A stretch of 64,000 nucleotides of DNA from a virus (IMGVR_UViG_3300012347_000377:224674-288673); one strand, 5' to 3'; positions 37,325-47,779 are shown, counted from the first letter of the stretch. Notes: a model not told the origin generated them from the letters alone. Numbers and translations: made by a program.

Positions 37325-37811
37325 AAAATATATAGATAATATTAAAGATTTTCCAAAGGAAGGTATTATGTTTAGAGATATTCAACCTCTTTTGGCAAAT
37401 GGTAAAGTATTTGAATCTGCAATCGATGAGATGGGTAATCTTATTAAAGAAAGACCTAAATATTGGGTTGGAATTGAATCTCGAGGATTCATCTTTGCAA
37501 CTGCTTTAGCAATGAGATTTGGTGGTGGAGTTCGATTAATCAGAAAACCAGATAAATTACCAAACTCGTCTAAAATGTCCATCGGTTATAATTTGGAATA
37601 TGGTAATGATATTTTAGAAATCGGAATGTATAAAGATACTATGGGTGAAGGAACTTGTGTAATTGTAGATGATGCATATGCAACAGGTGGTAGTATGGAA
37701 ACTGCTTCAAAATTATGTGAAGCACAAGGATTTCAAATATTAGATAAACTTTGTTTAATTGATATTGGAATCAAAAAAGGACACGATGTTAAATGTTTAA
37801 TTAAATATTAA
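37314..37811 (+). CDS. apt: Adenine phosphoribosyltransferase
   Basis: DFPKEGIMFRDIQPLL; GIESRGF; IRKPDKLP; LEYG; IVDDAYATGGS. Confidence 0.9.
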   Translation: MDYKKYIDNIKDFPKEGIMFRDIQPLLANGKVFESAIDEMGNLIKERPKYWVGIESRGFIFATALAMRFGGGVRLIRKPDKLPNSSKMSIGYNLEYGNDILEIGMYKDTMGEGTCVIVDDAYATGGSMETASKLCEAQGFQILDKLCLIDIGIKKGHDVKCLIKY

Positions 37812-37815
37812 AACT

Positions 37816-38214
37816 ATGAAACCAGTTGCTAAATACACAATTGATAAAGTTAGAAACTTACGAGTTAATCGAAAAAGATTAAAAACAAATGGTTCATCCG
37901 GTATATTTTCTACCGATACTGAATATCAGGCATTCTTAGGTGAATTGAAAGGAGCAGGTCATTTACAGGTAAACGGATTCGAATCATTACAAGTTGAGAT
38001 AGATAGAGGATTCCCATCATTTACTAATCAGCCATCAAAACCACAACAAAGAAAGACCTATACAATGAAATATAACATTGGTGTTGAAAATGGTGATAAA
38101 CCACATTTTAGTGGGTATGTTCAATCTGCTTCAAATGCTGATAGAAAACCTTACAAAGTAAATGCATGGATAAATGAAGGTGGTAATATTAGAATTGAAA
38201 TCGTAGAAAGATAA
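37816..38214 (+). CDS. Hypothetical protein, C-terminus possibly ssDNA-binding (DUF736-like)
   Basis: KPHFSGYV...YKVNAW. Confidence 0.3.
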   Translation: MKPVAKYTIDKVRNLRVNRKRLKTNGSSGIFSTDTEYQAFLGELKGAGHLQVNGFESLQVEIDRGFPSFTNQPSKPQQRKTYTMKYNIGVENGDKPHFSGYVQSASNADRKPYKVNAWINEGGNIRIEIVER

Positions 38215-38217
38215 ATT

Positions 38218-38463
38218 ATGGAAGAGCAAGGAATACTTTTAGAAGAAGCATCATTCAAATTCTCACAAGATGCTAATTGTCTATCGGATAGAGATGAGTA
38301 TGAATTTTTAGAAATTGAAGCCGTTTCAAGTTTAGGAATAGATAGAGATACTGAATGTTTCTTTGTCTTAAAAACTGAAAAATGGTCTGTGGATTCTGCA
38401 GAGGATTTAGAAAAATTATTTGATAGAATTAGAAAAATAGTAATTAAAAAAAATGAAGGGTAA
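38218..38463 (+). CDS. Hypothetical protein
   Basis: FFVLKTEKWSVD; ORF in operon. Confidence 0.45.
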   Translation: MEEQGILLEEASFKFSQDANCLSDRDEYEFLEIEAVSSLGIDRDTECFFVLKTEKWSVDSAEDLEKLFDRIRKIVIKKNEG

Positions 38464-39031
38464 ATTAATATTAATCTCAGCAGCACCAATAGAACATGGT
38501 GGATTAAAACATATGGATGGAATACCAATCTTTCAAGTAGGGGTTGGTAAAATTAGTGCAGCATCAAATTTAACTGAAATTCTTTGGAATGAAGAACCTG
38601 ATATTGTTGTCAATTTTGGTTCTTGTGGAAATTTAAAAGGTCATTCAGTTGGTGATTTGTTAGAAGTTGGAACTGTCCATAATAATATAGATGCAAGACC
38701 CTTTGCAGAATACGGACATACTCCATTTACTAACTTTGGGCCAATCGTTTTAAATCCACATTCAAATGTAGAATGTTTTACTACCGATCAATTTTATGAT
38801 TCACATAGAACTGATTATTCAGAAAAATATTTAGAGATGATTAATCGATGTGATATTGTAGATATGGAGTGTTATGCATTAGCACAGGTATGTAAACAAA
38901 GGAATATTCCATTTTATTCTTATAAATGGATTAGTGATGATGGGGAATCGGATAAGTGGGAAGAGAATGCTGCAATTGGATTTAAGAAATTTAGATACAA
39001 ACTTTTAGAACATTTCTTTGGAGAATACTAA
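38453..39031 (+). CDS. MTA/SAH nucleosidase-like (PNP_UDP_1 family)
   Basis: GVGKISAA; VNFGSCG; TTDQF; VDMECYALA; KWISD. Confidence 0.85.
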   Translation: MKGKLILISAAPIEHGGLKHMDGIPIFQVGVGKISAASNLTEILWNEEPDIVVNFGSCGNLKGHSVGDLLEVGTVHNNIDARPFAEYGHTPFTNFGPIVLNPHSNVECFTTDQFYDSHRTDYSEKYLEMINRCDIVDMECYALAQVCKQRNIPFYSYKWISDDGESDKWEENAAIGFKKFRYKLLEHFFGEY

Positions 39032-39048
39032 AAAATTTCGTATATTTG
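39017..39048 (+). promoter_or_regulatory. Bacteroidota primary-sigma promoter
   Basis: TTTG-N20-TATATTTG. Confidence 0.8.
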
Positions 39049-39072
39049 TATAAACTTTAAAACTTAAAACTT

Positions 39073-39564
39073 ATGGCGTATAATAAATTCAGATGGTGGA
39101 CAAAGGGAAGACCAAGTAAACCATTAAAATCTAACGCTCCACTCTTATTAAAAATCCGCAATGGTGACTTTGATTATTCTTATATGTTTAGTGAAGCTAG
39201 GTTGGTTAGGGAATCTGCCGAGATGGCTTACCAGAACACTTATAAGAATTATGGGGGGACGAACGAGCAGAATCGTATCGAGGCTGCTTTGGAAGAAAAA
39301 CAACGATACAACAAACGAGCATTAAAATTAGATGAAAGTGCGTTTATCGATGAAAACCGAATCCTTTGGAAACTTAGAAAGGAATTGGAATCTGAATTTG
39401 ACAAAGACCTATGGGAAAAATCATTAGAACGTCAGAGAGGTAAAGGAACATTAGAAGACCTTTATTTTTGGTATAAGAAACAAGTAAAACAAACCACTAC
39501 CAAATCCGAAATGGATATAATATATAAAAGAACAAACACAAAAGGATTAGAACATTTATTTTAA
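39073..39564 (+). CDS. Hypothetical protein
   Basis: MAYNKFRWW...LLKIRNGDFDYS. Confidence 0.5.
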   Translation: MAYNKFRWWTKGRPSKPLKSNAPLLLKIRNGDFDYSYMFSEARLVRESAEMAYQNTYKNYGGTNEQNRIEAALEEKQRYNKRALKLDESAFIDENRILWKLRKELESEFDKDLWEKSLERQRGKGTLEDLYFWYKKQVKQTTTKSEMDIIYKRTNTKGLEHLF

Positions 39565-39581
39565 ACAAAAACAAAAAAATT

Positions 39582-40181
39582 ATGAGTTTAGTAGGAAGAG
39601 TATTCCCAGATATTACAAAGAAAGCAATTGATGAAATGGGCGATACATTTGAGTTAAATGTATTGAATCAAGCAGTAGAAGGTAAACAAAAAGTATTACT
39701 ATTCTGGTATCCAAAGGATTTTACATTCGTATGTCCAACCGAAATTCATGCATTTCAATCAAAATTAGAAGAGTTTGAGAAACGAAATTGTAAGGTCATT
39801 GGTGCAAGTTGTGATTCTGCAGAGGTTCACTTTGCTTGGTTGACAACACCAAAAGATAATGGTGGAATTGAAGGAGTAACGTTTCCTTTAATATCAGATA
39901 CAAATCGTCAGTTATCAGGTACATTGGATATTTTAAATGATGCAGAAGATGATTTAGTATCATATCGAGCAACATATTTAATTGATGAAGATGGTATAAT
40001 TTTCCACGAATCAGTAAATGATATGCCAATTGGTAGAAACGTGGATGAGTATCTACGATTATTAGATGCTAAAATTCACAATGAAAAACATGGTGAAGTT
40101 TGTCCTGCAAATTGGGAAGAAGGTAAAGAAGCAATGAATGCAACCAAAGATGGTGTTGCTAACTATTTAACAAATAGCTAA
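39582..40181 (+). CDS. ahpC: 2-Cys peroxiredoxin
   Basis: YPKDFTFVCPTE; GRNVDE; GEVCPANW. Confidence 0.95.
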   Translation: MSLVGRVFPDITKKAIDEMGDTFELNVLNQAVEGKQKVLLFWYPKDFTFVCPTEIHAFQSKLEEFEKRNCKVIGASCDSAEVHFAWLTTPKDNGGIEGVTFPLISDTNRQLSGTLDILNDAEDDLVSYRATYLIDEDGIIFHESVNDMPIGRNVDEYLRLLDAKIHNEKHGEVCPANWEEGKEAMNATKDGVANYLTNS

Positions 40182-40185
40182 TAAT

Positions 40186-40497
40186 ATGATAGAATTAGGA
40201 TTAGATAATTTATTAGAATATGTTTCTAATAACAATAAAGTAATGGTTCAGTTTGGAGCCGGATGGTGCGGTAATTGTAAAATCACAAAACCAAAATTTA
40301 AACGTTTAGCAACTGAAAATACTGATATTACATTTGTGTATGTAGATGCAGAAAAGTTTCCAGAAAGTAGAAAATTAGCAAACGTATCTAACTTACCAAC
40401 CTTCGCAGGATTCGTTGGTGGTAATTTAGTAAAAGAATTACAGGGTAATAAAGAAGACACTATTAAAGAGGTATTGAATGAGGTTGCCAATAATTAA
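40186..40497 (+). CDS. Thioredoxin family protein
   Basis: WCGNC; NLPTF. Confidence 0.9.
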   Translation: MIELGLDNLLEYVSNNNKVMVQFGAGWCGNCKITKPKFKRLATENTDITFVYVDAEKFPESRKLANVSNLPTFAGFVGGNLVKELQGNKEDTIKEVLNEVANN

Positions 40498-40729
40498 ACA
40501 TTTAGTGGAACGTTTCGATGAGGATTATATGGAAGAAACCTTGCTGGTTTTGGAACACCTCATCGATGCTCCTGGTATAACTGATGAAGAACTTGATGTA
40601 ATAGGTGAATTAATTTCAAATATCGAAGGTGCTAAAGCAGTTAGAGAGGATATGCGTGACAATAAAACAGAATTAAAACCTGCATTGAATAGTTTTATGA
40701 AACGTGTTTTAGGTTCTATCGATAAATAA
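40478..40729 (+). CDS. Conserved Bacteroidota-type small protein following Trx (DUF6952-like)
   Basis: MRLPIIKHL...EELDVIGELISNIEGA...ALNSFMKRVLGSIDK. Confidence 0.6.
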   Translation: MRLPIIKHLVERFDEDYMEETLLVLEHLIDAPGITDEELDVIGELISNIEGAKAVREDMRDNKTELKPALNSFMKRVLGSIDK

Positions 40730-40741
40730 AAAATATCTAAT

Positions 40742-41392
40742 ATGGCAACAATATGGACATTCGGTGATAGTTTAACAGAACGATTCAATCCATTTTTTAA
40801 ATGGTCAAGAGAATATATTGAGTGGAAGGGGTATATACCAAAGGTATATGGTAATTTTATTGCCGAAACCCTAAACTATGATTTGAAAAATTTAGGTAAA
40901 GCTGGATGTGATAATTATACCATATTTGAAACATTTTGTAAAACATATCCAAAGATTAAAGATGGTGATATTATTATAATAGGATGGACAAACGTCAGTA
41001 GATTTAGATTGGTTAATAAATATGATGAATGGAATACTATAAATCCTCATTTTGATACTCCAATGAGTAGTTTTGAACATATATCTAAAAATACAATTGA
41101 TGAGATTTTTGTAAATAGAGATAGTAGACATTATATAACTGAAGTTAATAATTGGATACAATTCATAAATTCAGCATCTGTAAATAAAAATGTAGTTCAT
41201 TGGAGCACAATAAAAGGAAAGAATGAATTAAATACCCATCATTTTTTTCAAATGGAAAGAATAAATGCAGAAACTAATGGTTTGATTGATGATTCACATT
41301 TTTCAGAAACAGGACAGAGAGATTTAGCATTAGAATTAATAAAAATTATTTCTGCAGGTGGAGGGGGTGGTTATACTAACAAATTGATATAG
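40742..41392 (+). CDS. SGNH/GDSL-fold protein (paralog 6)
   Basis: TFGDSLT; NLGKAGCDN; DSHFSETGQ. Confidence 0.75.
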   Translation: MATIWTFGDSLTERFNPFFKWSREYIEWKGYIPKVYGNFIAETLNYDLKNLGKAGCDNYTIFETFCKTYPKIKDGDIIIIGWTNVSRFRLVNKYDEWNTINPHFDTPMSSFEHISKNTIDEIFVNRDSRHYITEVNNWIQFINSASVNKNVVHWSTIKGKNELNTHHFFQMERINAETNGLIDDSHFSETGQRDLALELIKIISAGGGGGYTNKLI

Positions 41393-41426
41393 TATAAAGA
41401 CCACTTATTTTAATTTTAATATATTT

Positions 41427-41642
41427 ATGTATATGAAAGGTTTTAGTATAAAACTCATAGAGGGACTTATCAACAAAATGGGAACTGATTATAAAAAACT
41501 TATTGCGGTTATTCGTTCTATGGATAATACCATTCATATCAACGCAGTGCGTGAATATATTAATTTATATTACAAAAAAAATGGTGTAAAAAATAGAGAT
41601 ATGATTGAACACTATTTTAAAGTGAAAAAAAGAAATTTATAG
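41427..41642 (+). CDS. Hypothetical protein
   Basis: ORF in operon. Confidence 0.4.
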   Translation: MYMKGFSIKLIEGLINKMGTDYKKLIAVIRSMDNTIHINAVREYINLYYKKNGVKNRDMIEHYFKVKKRNL

Positions 41643-41645
41643 GTT

Positions 41646-41921
41646 ATGGAAATAATTAAAAGTCGTTATGGAAGCGATAGAGTTATAGAAAAAATATCAC
41701 CTAACAAACTTAGAGTTATGGGTGAAACTCTTTTTGGTAGAACATCTACCGATGATTCTAATAATCTAATTATGTTTGATTTTGAAGGTGGACCTTGTCT
41801 TATGGTTGATACTAAAATCAACTACTTAAAATCAAATTGGATTATAAAAAAAATTACCAGAGAAGAATCATCACAAGAAAATTTAGTATCAATCTTATTG
41901 GAGGTGGAATTATCTAACTAA
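41646..41921 (+). CDS. Hypothetical phage protein
   Basis: KSRYG...MFDFEGGP. Confidence 0.5.
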   Translation: MEIIKSRYGSDRVIEKISPNKLRVMGETLFGRTSTDDSNNLIMFDFEGGPCLMVDTKINYLKSNWIIKKITREESSQENLVSILLEVELSN

Positions 41922-42247
41922 TGGATGAACCTAAAAAAATATTAACTGTCTATATTGGAGAAGAAGATATTTTTCAATGGACAATGGGAGTTGGTAAAAC
42001 TATCTTAATGCCTGAATTATTAGTTGGTTGTGAAGAATTGCTTTACAATGATTTGGATGAGGTTAAGTGTGCAAGAATTGAAGCTGTAATACGTGGTAAA
42101 GCTAAAGCATTTGATTTCAATGTTAAGCAAGATGGAATTGAAGATACTTTAGAGAAAATAATGCAATGGGCATTGGAAACCGAAGAATATGAAATGTGTC
42201 AAAGAGTTCAAAATCTAAATGAATATTTAGGTAAGGATGATTTTTAA
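41921..42247 (+). CDS. Protein with C-terminal UVR (UvrB/C-like) motif
   Basis: ALETEEYEMCQRV. Confidence 0.5.
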   Translation: MDEPKKILTVYIGEEDIFQWTMGVGKTILMPELLVGCEELLYNDLDEVKCARIEAVIRGKAKAFDFNVKQDGIEDTLEKIMQWALETEEYEMCQRVQNLNEYLGKDDF

Positions 42248-42256
42248 AAAAATATA

Positions 42257-42988
42257 ATGAAAATTTTAGTTATAGGAGATAGTTGCACTGATGTATTCGT
42301 TTACGGATATTGTAAACGATTGTGTCCTGAAGGACCCGTTCCAATATTTGAACCATCACGAACCATAACTAATCAAGGTATGAGTGGGAATGTGGTTGCA
42401 AACTTAAAATCTTTAGGTGCAACGAAGGTAGAGTTAATCACCAACAAAGAACAAATAACAAAGACTAGATATGTTGAAGAGAAAGCAAATCATATGATTA
42501 TCAGAATTGATAGTAATGATAAGGTTTCCAATTCATTTGATATTAAGAGAGTTCCTTTTTCTGATTATGATGCAGTGATTGTATCTGATTATGATAAGGG
42601 ATATTTGACGTATAAAGATATACAAGTAATATCAGAATCACATCCACTAACCTTTATTGATACTAAAAAGCCTCTTAATGAAAGAATGAGAGATTATACG
42701 TTTATTAAAATAAATGAGGTAGAGTGGGAAAATTGTAAAGGTGAGGAATATGAAAATTGGCAAGATAAGTTAATTGTGACCATGTCCGAAAGAGGTGCGA
42801 TGTATAATGGTAAAACATTCCCTGTCAATAACGATATTGAGGTTAGAGATTTAAGTGGTGCAGGTGATACATTTATGGCATCATTGGTGGTGAGTTATTT
42901 AAAAACGTTAGATATAGAACAAAGTATTATATATGCCAATGAAATGGCATCATTAGTAGTTCAGAAAAAAGGAGTAGTTACGATATGA
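42257..42988 (+). CDS. PfkB-family sugar kinase, HldE/RfaE kinase-domain-like
   Basis: LVIGDSCTD..G..RLCPEGPVP; NVVANL; TKTR; SDYDKG; DLSGAGDTF. Confidence 0.85.
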   Translation: MKILVIGDSCTDVFVYGYCKRLCPEGPVPIFEPSRTITNQGMSGNVVANLKSLGATKVELITNKEQITKTRYVEEKANHMIIRIDSNDKVSNSFDIKRVPFSDYDAVIVSDYDKGYLTYKDIQVISESHPLTFIDTKKPLNERMRDYTFIKINEVEWENCKGEEYENWQDKLIVTMSERGAMYNGKTFPVNNDIEVRDLSGAGDTFMASLVVSYLKTLDIEQSIIYANEMASLVVQKKGVVTI

Positions 42989-44103
42989 AAAAAACATTAA
43001 TTATATTACCAAAATTTCATTACAAAATAGATTTGGAATTTTATAAAAAATTAGAATTAGACAATGTAGAAATTCAATTTATGAACGATCGTGAAAGCGA
43101 TTCTAAGTTAGGATTTGAAGATAAACATAAAATTGAAAATTTTCAATTATATGAAAATGTTTTGGTAATATTTGGTGAGATTCATATGCAAACATTTATT
43201 GCGGGGTTTTATAGAGATATTAATATAAAAAATGATTTGAGAATTGATACTGATAGAATTAAAACATATTTTCAAGATTTACCACCATCTACTAAATATA
43301 TATATCTTGATAACAATGGTGAACAGACATATCCGATTACCGGTGATATATTATTAGAATGGTTAAATTTATCTGAATTATCAACTTATGCAATTTCATC
43401 TAGATATTATAAACTAAGTCATCCAAAATTAATTAATAGTTTGACATATCTACCCATTTTGTTTATGTTTTTACAACAAAATTTCAAACAATTTCCAATG
43501 CTTAGATATTCCCCACCATCTAATCCAGAAAATGATTTCATAACCTATTTGGGCCAAACTGAAAAACAATATGGCCGAAATCTTCGATATGATATGTTGA
43601 ATAAATTTTTTAAAAATGATTTAACAAGTATAGATTATAAAGAAATAGAAAATTTTGAAACTACTACTGATTTATATGGTCCGGGTAAACCTGGTCATTA
43701 TTGGAATATATTGAATTCATTATCTGCTAAAATTCAAATAATTTTTGAAACAATAACATTTTCCCCAACAGATGAAATTCCTCCCACAGAATATGAACAT
43801 TTTTTCTTTACTGAAAAGATTATGAAATGTTTCGTTCTACCGCATCCATATTTGTTAATTGTTAATAGAATGTGGTTAGAGCAATTAGAAAAATTTGGGT
43901 TTAAATTTAATGATTCAAATAAGGCTGATACTATTGAAGATTTTGAAAAAATTATTGAAAATATAAAATCCGATATAGATGGTTGGATTGAGGAAAATAG
44001 ACCTTATTTCGAACATAATCAACGTAAATTATATGAACTTGGAAAATCTACAACACTACCACATCATGAATTTTTAAGTAAAATAATACTAAATAATATA
44101 TAA
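42985..44103 (+). CDS. Putative glycan-modifying enzyme (GT-B/GT10-like C-terminus)
   Basis: IIFET...FFTEKIMK..PHP. Confidence 0.35.
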   Translation: MKKTLIILPKFHYKIDLEFYKKLELDNVEIQFMNDRESDSKLGFEDKHKIENFQLYENVLVIFGEIHMQTFIAGFYRDINIKNDLRIDTDRIKTYFQDLPPSTKYIYLDNNGEQTYPITGDILLEWLNLSELSTYAISSRYYKLSHPKLINSLTYLPILFMFLQQNFKQFPMLRYSPPSNPENDFITYLGQTEKQYGRNLRYDMLNKFFKNDLTSIDYKEIENFETTTDLYGPGKPGHYWNILNSLSAKIQIIFETITFSPTDEIPPTEYEHFFFTEKIMKCFVLPHPYLLIVNRMWLEQLEKFGFKFNDSNKADTIEDFEKIIENIKSDIDGWIEENRPYFEHNQRKLYELGKSTTLPHHEFLSKIILNNI

Positions 44104-44507
44104 TGAAAACAAGAAAATATTTACCCACATTGGGAGAACTAATTGATAGATTATCAATTATTCAGTTAAAAGAAGTATTCATCACCGAGCATAAAAGTGA
44201 ATACGGACAGGAAATTAAAGACATCGTACATGATATTGATTTGATTCTAAAATCGAGTGATTATGAATTAGATGGTGAATTCATCCGAGCAATCGTAGTT
44301 CTTTCACAAATGAATTTACATATTTGGACTAATGAATCCAATGCAAGAGCAGGAATTGATGCAGGTAATAAATTGTTATTAACTCATGGTTTAAACGGAA
44401 TCAGAAACACTGCAAAGAATCAAATTCAATCTAAAGTTGGTGGTAGAAAAGATTATAAAATCGATTGTATCGCAGATGAATTTAAAGATTGGGAAATTAG
44501 TTGGTAA
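44103..44507 (+). CDS. Helical protein, DUF4254/DUF6165-like
   Basis: TLGELIDRLSIIQLKE; NLHIW.NE; LNGIRN. Confidence 0.45.
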   Translation: MKTRKYLPTLGELIDRLSIIQLKEVFITEHKSEYGQEIKDIVHDIDLILKSSDYELDGEFIRAIVVLSQMNLHIWTNESNARAGIDAGNKLLLTHGLNGIRNTAKNQIQSKVGGRKDYKIDCIADEFKDWEISW

Positions 44508-44518
44508 ACAATGTATAT

Positions 44519-45433
44519 ATGAAATCTGAAAAGATAATTATATCAACCGGCTGTAGTTATGCATTAGGATTGGATAGTTTTAAGAACGATAATATACACA
44601 ATCGTCATTTAACTAATGTAAAAAATTTTAGTGCACCCGCATCTTCTATACAATTTACAAAAGAATTGATTATTCACTTAGTTAATCATACACTAAATGC
44701 TGGATACTCTACTGATAAGATATATGTAGTATTTGATTGCACTCAAATAGGTAGAAATACTAAACGAGTTCCAATTGAATATGTAAATCCTATATTAAAT
44801 AATCTTTCACCTAAAATGAATTCTAGAGATTGGGGAAACCTAATATATGATTCATATTCTGAAGGATATTATAAATTAAATAACAATCTATACACAACAT
44901 TTTCAGATGGTAATATAAATAAATTTCCATATGAAATTAAACAATGGATTGAAGATGAAACTGAATACTCAAATAAAAAAGATATAATCGATCATATTCA
45001 AGAATACATTGAAACTATACTCATAATTCAACATTTTTTAAAGAATAAAAATATTGACTATTCTGCTTTTTTTATGAGTAATGTAATTGAAGGATGGTAT
45101 TATGACTCTTTTTTAAAACATAGATATTCGGGTATCAAAACTTATAATTTACCAAATTTAAAAAATGATTTGAATATTTCAGAAATATCAGAACCTATAA
45201 AAATATTATTTAATAATATTGATTTTGATAAGTTTGTTTTACATCAAAACCCAAATCAAACATTTGGTGGATTAGATGAATTTACGATTGATAATTATGA
45301 TAAAACAGCTTTTAAAGATTACAATTTGGAAATGATTGAAAATCGATTAGGTATGCATCCAAATAATCAAGTAGAAATTTCATTTGAAGAAACATATTTA
45401 AAACCAAAATTACAATCATTTTTAAATAAATAA
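44519..45433 (+). CDS. SGNH/GDSL-fold protein (paralog 7)
   Basis: ISTGCSYA; NFSAPASS; GMHPN. Confidence 0.65.
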   Translation: MKSEKIIISTGCSYALGLDSFKNDNIHNRHLTNVKNFSAPASSIQFTKELIIHLVNHTLNAGYSTDKIYVVFDCTQIGRNTKRVPIEYVNPILNNLSPKMNSRDWGNLIYDSYSEGYYKLNNNLYTTFSDGNINKFPYEIKQWIEDETEYSNKKDIIDHIQEYIETILIIQHFLKNKNIDYSAFFMSNVIEGWYYDSFLKHRYSGIKTYNLPNLKNDLNISEISEPIKILFNNIDFDKFVLHQNPNQTFGGLDEFTIDNYDKTAFKDYNLEMIENRLGMHPNNQVEISFEETYLKPKLQSFLNK

Positions 45434-45435
45434 CT

Positions 45436-46224
45436 ATGATTAATAAAAAATTGGAATGGGAACGAACCAAAACCGAAGATGGATTTGGTAGAGTTGTAAT
45501 TGATAATTTCTTAGATGAAGAAACTTGTATCAAACTTTATGAAGAGTGTATGAACGCTCCGAAAGGTGGATGGACAGTATTCACCCGTGCAGGTTCTCGT
45601 ATGGAAGAATTCAATGATTTAATTTCCCTACCAACTGCACACAGAGTGACATATGATATAATGCATTCAGGTGAGTTTTTATATCAACTTGAAAATATGA
45701 CTGGAATTGTGGGATTATTACCAGACCCACACTTAGTTGGTGCAGGATATTCAATCATTAGAAATGGTAAAACACTTGGTTGCCATTATGATTTCAATTG
45801 GAATGATAGAATCCGTTTACATCGAAAATTAACATCACTACTATACATAACTCCAAACTGGCAAGATGAATGGGGTGGTCATATTCAATATTACGATGAT
45901 AATATTGACATCAATCCTAATTCAAAATTAATAGAATCAGTATCACCTAAATTTAACAGATTTGTGATTAACGAAAATGTTAAACAAGGACCACATCATC
46001 GAGTAAGTGAAATAAATGCACCTGATGATGTATATGGTAGGTGTGCAATCCGTTTCTTTTATTATGTTTCATCATCCGAACCTGATAAAGAAAATCCACC
46101 ACATCGTAGCACTTATAAATCAAATGAATATTCGCATCACAAACTACATGAAGAAGAAAGTTGGGATGGACATTTCGTAGGACAAGGTGGTGAGGAATAT
46201 GGGTATAATCCTAAAATCAAGTAA
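45436..46224 (+). CDS. 2OG-Fe(II) oxygenase
   Basis: LLPDPHLVGAGY; HYDFN; HHRVS; RCAIRFFYY. Confidence 0.88.
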   Translation: MINKKLEWERTKTEDGFGRVVIDNFLDEETCIKLYEECMNAPKGGWTVFTRAGSRMEEFNDLISLPTAHRVTYDIMHSGEFLYQLENMTGIVGLLPDPHLVGAGYSIIRNGKTLGCHYDFNWNDRIRLHRKLTSLLYITPNWQDEWGGHIQYYDDNIDINPNSKLIESVSPKFNRFVINENVKQGPHHRVSEINAPDDVYGRCAIRFFYYVSSSEPDKENPPHRSTYKSNEYSHHKLHEEESWDGHFVGQGGEEYGYNPKIK

Positions 46225-46225
46225 A

Positions 46226-47158
46226 ATGAAATATGTTATAACAACAGGTTGTTCGTTTACCAATAATTTAAGATTGAACCCAGATAGAGTAAATTTGGAT
46301 TTGGATGAAAATCGATTATCCTGGCCATATTATTTACAAAAAGAATTGGGTGATGAATACCAAGTCCTAAATTATGGAGGTGCAACCAATGATAATGTAT
46401 CTATGTGCAGAATTCAATTGTATCATATAGATAGATTAATCAATGAGGGCGTTAATCCAAAAGATATATCAATTATTACGCAATGGTCAGACCCTACAAG
46501 ACAGGCAATTTACTTACATAAAGAGTTCAAAAAAGAACACCATCATTTAGGACATACGTTGGTTTATACTCCAAAATGGGAAGAAACTAAAGGAGTGTTT
46601 TATTTAACAGGTGGGTTCATGCCACCAGATGGACCGGATTCTGCCATGCATTTATTCGGAATAGAAAATTCTATAAAATATTGGGAATTAGACATCAATT
46701 GGGATAATATAATCAATCAGACAATGCATTGGTTAGAGTTGTGGTTATTATTGGAAAAAACTTGTAAAGATTTGGGCATTGAAACTTATTATATGAGTAT
46801 GAGAAATCCATATTCAAAAGAATCAAAAGAATGTCATTTCGGTGCACCGGATAATGATTCAAACATTCCAACAAAATCAATATGGTTTGAAGATTATTCA
46901 GTTTTAAAACCATATATTGATAAATTGCCAATAGATACACCAAACCACTGGCATTATAAAAATTATTGTGGGTTATTAGAGTGGACTATGGATAATAGAA
47001 CCGATGATATACAATTATTTCAAGAATTTGTATGGGATAATGTTAAAACATACGATGAGTATTTAAAAATACAACCTAATGGTTGGGGTCATCCATCTCC
47101 TCAAATGATGGAAAAATTTGTTAAAGAAGAATTCATGAAGTTATGGAAAAATATATAA
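46226..47158 (+). CDS. SGNH/GDSL-fold protein (paralog 8)
   Basis: TTGCSFT; NYGGATNDN; QWS; GHPSP. Confidence 0.72.
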   Translation: MKYVITTGCSFTNNLRLNPDRVNLDLDENRLSWPYYLQKELGDEYQVLNYGGATNDNVSMCRIQLYHIDRLINEGVNPKDISIITQWSDPTRQAIYLHKEFKKEHHHLGHTLVYTPKWEETKGVFYLTGGFMPPDGPDSAMHLFGIENSIKYWELDINWDNIINQTMHWLELWLLLEKTCKDLGIETYYMSMRNPYSKESKECHFGAPDNDSNIPTKSIWFEDYSVLKPYIDKLPIDTPNHWHYKNYCGLLEWTMDNRTDDIQLFQEFVWDNVKTYDEYLKIQPNGWGHPSPQMMEKFVKEEFMKLWKNI

Positions 47159-47766
47159 TTAATGACCCGTGGGATTGGGTTACGCATTTTGAAAGTGAAA
47201 TAGCAAATTATTGTGGTTCTAAATATGCAGTAGCATGTGATTCAAATTCAAACGCAATTCGTTTGGTTTTACACTACTTAGATATAGTAGGACAAGAAAT
47301 TGTAATACCTTCAAGAACATACGTTTCTGTCCCAAACCAAATAATACTTTCAGGTAACAAACCAGTGTTCGATGATTATGAATGGGGTGGTTTATATAAA
47401 TTCGGTGGTGCACCAATAGTTGATGCAGCAACTGCATTCTATGAAGGGATGTATGATAATGAAAATTTTATGATACTTTCTTTTCATCTTAAAAAAATCC
47501 TAAACATTGGAACGGGTGGGATGATATTGACAAACGATGAACACTTTAATAAGTGGGCAAGACCAATGATATACGATGGAAGACATACGAATAAAATGTA
47601 TGTAGATGATGAATTTGAATGCATTGGTTGGCATATGTATATGACACCTGAACAAGCAAAAAGAGGTTTAGAAATTTTCCATTCACCAAAAATTCATTCT
47701 ACTAATCCACATTGTGGTGGTAGTTGGATGTATAAAGATTTGAGCAATCAACCGATATACAGATGA
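47143..47766 (+). CDS. Short DegT/DnrJ/EryC1/StrS-family PLP enzyme
   Basis: FESEIANYCGSKYAVACDS; VDAA; SFHLKKILNIGTGGMIL. Confidence 0.82.
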   Translation: MEKYIINDPWDWVTHFESEIANYCGSKYAVACDSNSNAIRLVLHYLDIVGQEIVIPSRTYVSVPNQIILSGNKPVFDDYEWGGLYKFGGAPIVDAATAFYEGMYDNENFMILSFHLKKILNIGTGGMILTNDEHFNKWARPMIYDGRHTNKMYVDDEFECIGWHMYMTPEQAKRGLEIFHSPKIHSTNPHCGGSWMYKDLSNQPIYR

Positions 47767-47779
47767 TAATAAGTAATTT

